Part shown: in pieces, positions 1 to 1,267 of the stretch
How the letters are laid out: each line of letters begins with the position of its first letter
Numbering within the stretch: the stretch's first letter is position 1
Assembly: GCA_000004985.1 (NCBI GenBank)
Contig: GG739463.1
From: Naegleria gruberi
Lineage: Eukaryota
Direction: 5' to 3' (one strand)
Length of the DNA: 1,267 bases
Translations under genes and position numbers: made by a program
The notes under the pieces: generated by a model
What the model saw: only the letters and a program-made list of their open reading frames with translations
Databases searched by the model: none
Told to the model about the DNA's origin: nothing

Positions 1-415
1 TTGTTTGTTGTTTTTCAGTTTGATTACTTCTTACCAAACTATAGAAATACTTTTCAATCACATCTTCATATTGTGTAATTGCTTGAGCCGGAATGGCATT
101 ATATACTTTTTCATATAATTCTGCAATTCTCTTATAATCGTGTACCTTTTCCAAAGCCATACTCAATGTTCGGAGAATAAAATCGTGAAATTCCATCTTC
201 TTTTGTGCTAAAACATCATCAACAAGTTGAATAGATTCCTTTCTCTTTCCTAAATTCATCAAAATTAAAGCCTTGAATGAGAGAAAAACACTAGACTCTG
301 GATACTTTTGCAACATGGCATCACATTCTTTAAGAGCATTCACATCCTTTCTTTCATCAACAAGGACGTAAACCTTTTGAATTTCTTGAACGGAAGGCTT
401 AGCTGATGTAGACAT
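1..415 (-). CDS. 5'-terminal coding exon of a TPR-type N-alpha-acetyltransferase auxiliary subunit, most similar to the NatB auxiliary subunit (NAA25/MDM20 family). The start codon is complete at 415-413. The ORF stays open to the window edge, and a candidate splice donor at 34-33 (minus-strand GT) may end the exon at 35.
   Basis: Seen in sequence: the minus-strand ORF from ATG (complement of 413-415) has no stop over 138 codons and leaves the window open. It translates to MSTSAKPSVQEIQKVYVLVDERKDVNALKECDAMLQKYPESSVFLSFKALILMNLGKRKESIQLVDDVLAQKKMEFHDFILRTLSMALEKVHDYKRIAELYEKVYNAIPAQAITQYEDVIEKYFYSLVRSNQTEKQQT. From recalled family sequences (not searched): the pattern VYxLVD...KxAxxxxDxLLxK...KALxLxxxGKxxEsxxLxxxV...LxxLxxxxxxxHxxxxxxxLYExxVxxxP resembles the N-terminus of NAA25/MDM20-type Nat auxiliary subunits, and more weakly NAA15. 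The A-run immediately 5' of the ATG fits a nematode-style initiation context. Codon usage (AAG, GAA, ATT, GTT, CTT) is consistent with a real gene. Confidence 0.75.
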   Translation of the reverse strand, partial: MSTSAKPSVQEIQKVYVLVDERKDVNALKECDAMLQKYPESSVFLSFKALILMNLGKRKESIQLVDDVLAQKKMEFHDFILRTLSMALEKVHDYKRIAELYEKVYNAIPAQAITQYEDVIEKYFYSLVRSNQTEKQQT

Positions 416-460
416 TTTTTTTAAATAGCACAAAATAATAATGATGAAAGCAAGTATTGC
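416..460 (-). promoter_or_regulatory. Immediate 5' flank, a putative 5'UTR or core promoter, of the minus-strand Nat-auxiliary-subunit gene. It includes an A8 tract abutting the ATG.
   Basis: Position relative to the start codon only. No AG trans-splice acceptor and no convincing TATA box lie within ~100 nt upstream on the minus strand. Confidence 0.25.
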
Positions 461-508
461 CAATGAATAAATTATCAATGAGAAAGTAAAAATAAACAAT
501 CCTATTTT
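461..508 (+). repeat. Left terminal inverted repeat arm: caatgaataaattatcaatgagaaagtaaaaataaacaatcctattttt.
   Basis: Direct reverse-complement match to 1203-1249. The core tgagaaagtaaaaataaacaatcct is perfect. Confidence 0.85.
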
Positions 509-517
509 TAATTTCCG

Positions 518-533
518 GGTTAACATGTTAACC
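518..533. repeat. Perfect 16-bp palindrome ggttaacatgttaacc, made of two GTTAAC half-sites separated by AT.
   Basis: The sequence equals its own reverse complement. It lies 10 bp inside the left TIR and directly 5' of a TATAAAAG motif. It is a candidate dimeric DNA-binding-protein site (transposase or homeodomain/HNF1-like), but its function is unknown. Confidence 0.8.
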
Positions 534-541
534 TATAAAAG
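534..541 (+). promoter_or_regulatory. Canonical TATA-box-like motif TATAAAAG on the + strand, immediately after the palindrome.
   Basis: The sequence cc-TATAAAAG-gtcg matches the eukaryotic TATA consensus exactly. The background is AT-rich, so chance occurrence is plausible, and there is no supporting transcript evidence. Confidence 0.25.
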
Positions 542-1158
542 GTCGTCGAAAACAGATGATAAATAACTAGTGAGCAGTGGCTCTAAGGTAGCATATTCTG
601 TTTTTACCTTTTGCCATGATATCGAACCCTGCATATGCAAATATTTTTAAAAAAAAACTACAAGTCGAAAATTGCTGGTCGTGTGGTGATTTGTCAACAA
701 TTTTCACTAGCACACCATCAAATGTAACACCAAGAACTCAACAATAAATTGAAGAACCAAGATTTTATTATTTTAAACAATTTTAGCACATGTCAAATAA
801 CGAACGGGAAGTTGGCTGATCAACATTAAAACTTGTATGTACTCAAGGATGATGAATCATTGCACTTCTAACAAATTGGTGGTTGACATCACAACCAATT
901 AAAGAGCATCAGTTTGAACAAAATTCATGCGTCAATAGAAGAGCAACATTACATGACGATCAGCCTGAAAGAATAGCTTCTAGAATACTAGATAAGAATC
1001 TGTGGTTGCGAGTAAGAGTTAAAGAATACAAAATAACAAAACATACAATTAACTAGTAGAAATCATTATTAATCGAGGTATTTTTTTTTGAATGTTTAAT
1101 AGTTTACAACGATATGAAGAAAATTTCCGTTACCAAACTTGTCACACAAGAGCGTTTC

Positions 1159-1191
1159 AATAGAAAATGAGGCACAGCCTCATTTTCTATT
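1159..1191. other. Perfect hairpin with a 15-bp stem (aatagaaaatgaggc / gcctcattttctatt) and a 3-nt loop (aca), followed directly by AATAAA at 1193-1198.
   Basis: Exact reverse-complement arms are seen in sequence. The hairpin lies ~12 bp inside the right TIR. Confidence 0.8.
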
Positions 1192-1221
1192 AAATAAACA
1201 AGAAAACAGGATTGTTTATTT
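1192..1221. repeat. Nested 10-bp inverted repeat aaataaacaa ... ttgtttattt with a 10-nt spacer, overlapping the inner edge of the right TIR.
   Basis: 1192-1201 is the reverse complement of 1212-1221. The same 10-mer also occurs in the left arm at 490-499. Confidence 0.6.
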
Positions 1222-1249
1222 TTACTTTCTCAATAATAATTGTTCATTG
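1203..1249 (-). repeat. Right terminal inverted repeat arm, the reverse complement of the left arm.
   Basis: The reverse complement of 1203-1249 is caatgaacaattattattgagaaagtaaaaataaacaatcctgtttt, which aligns to 461-508 with 4 mismatches and 1 gap. Confidence 0.85.
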
Positions 1250-1267
1250 TTGAACATGGTAGGACTG

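Larger units (their letters stand above)
461..1249. mobile_element. MITE or foldback-like non-autonomous DNA element of ~789 bp. It is bounded by ~48-bp terminal inverted repeats and has no transposase ORF.
   Basis: Seen in sequence: 461-508 is the reverse complement of 1203-1249 (43 of 48 aligned columns identical, one 1-nt gap, perfect 25-bp core at 479-503 versus 1208-1232). The interior (509-1202) has no ORF longer than ~45 codons on either strand scanned and is not itself palindromic. No target-site duplication is evident at the outer boundaries. Confidence 0.45.

Noticed and set aside
11-18. tttttcag (nematode 3' splice acceptor consensus) on the + strand
   Set aside because: It is on the wrong strand for the only supported gene, which is on the minus strand. 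No + strand coding potential follows it, so it is most likely a coincidental match within minus-strand coding or intron sequence.
31-40. 10-bp direct repeat ttaccaaact at 31-40 and 1129-1138. Separately, 8-bp aatttccg at 510-517 and 1121-1128.
   Set aside because: The expected number of chance 10-mer coincidences in a 1.27-kb AT-biased window is about 1. The repeats have no symmetric placement relative to the TIRs and are not TSDs.
616-747. + strand ORF of 43 codons (MISNPAYANIFKKKLQVENCWSCGDLSTIFTSTPSNVTPRTQQ*) inside the element
   Set aside because: It is short, and its KKK comes from the A9 homopolymer. It shows no recognisable domain and no codon-bias signal, and it is typical of chance ORFs in AT-rich DNA. 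It cannot encode a transposase.
872-898. Imperfect hairpin aattggtGGTTGacatcaCAACCaatt
   Set aside because: The stem is short, 5+4 bp with a 3-nt bulge. Structures of this strength are abundant by chance.
978-985. ttctagaa 8-bp palindrome (XbaI-containing)
   Set aside because: Too short to be meaningful. Expected by chance.
1152-1215. cGTTTCA at 1153-1159, resembling the core of the C. elegans piRNA (21U) upstream Ruby motif CTGTTTCA, with T-initiating 21-mers ~40 nt downstream
   Set aside because: The match is only 6 of 8 to the motif, and it lacks the CT prefix and clear spacer composition. A single occurrence is well within chance. Only small-RNA mapping could rescue it.
1256-1267. ATGGTAGGACTG at the window edge as the possible start of a + strand gene
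   Set aside because: Only 4 codons are visible, the initiation context is poor (no A-run), and it lies just outside the right TIR. It cannot be evaluated without downstream sequence.

Overview
This is an AT-rich window that looks eukaryotic. Codon usage, an A-rich context abutting the ATG (A8, i.e. the minus-strand reading of + T415-422), and GTAAGA / TTTTCAG-type splice motifs point to a nematode, probably Caenorhabditis-like; that is inference. Two things dominate the window. (1) On the minus strand, a clean open reading frame starts with ATG at 415-413 and runs leftwards past position 1. It encodes MSTSAKPSVQEIQKVYVLVDERKDVNALKECDAMLQKYPESSVFLSFKALILMNLGKRKESIQLVDDVLAQKKMEFHDFILRTLSMALEKVHDYKRIAELYEKVYNAIPAQAITQYEDVIEKYFYSL..., which I read as the N-terminal TPR region of an N-alpha-acetyltransferase auxiliary subunit, closest to the NatB auxiliary subunit (NAA25/MDM20) family. 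(2) About 45 bp upstream of that start codon sits a ~789-bp block (461-1249) bounded by a ~48-bp terminal inverted repeat with a perfect 25-bp core. It has no intact transposase-sized ORF, so it looks like a MITE or foldback-type non-autonomous DNA element inserted in the gene's promoter region. The block carries its own sub-structure: a perfect 16-bp palindrome (two GTTAAC half-sites) followed directly by a TATAAAAG box just inside the left arm, a perfect 15-bp-stem hairpin with AATAAA just inside the right arm, and a nested 10-bp inverted repeat overlapping the right arm. I found no rRNA, tRNA, CRISPR or prokaryotic-style operon.
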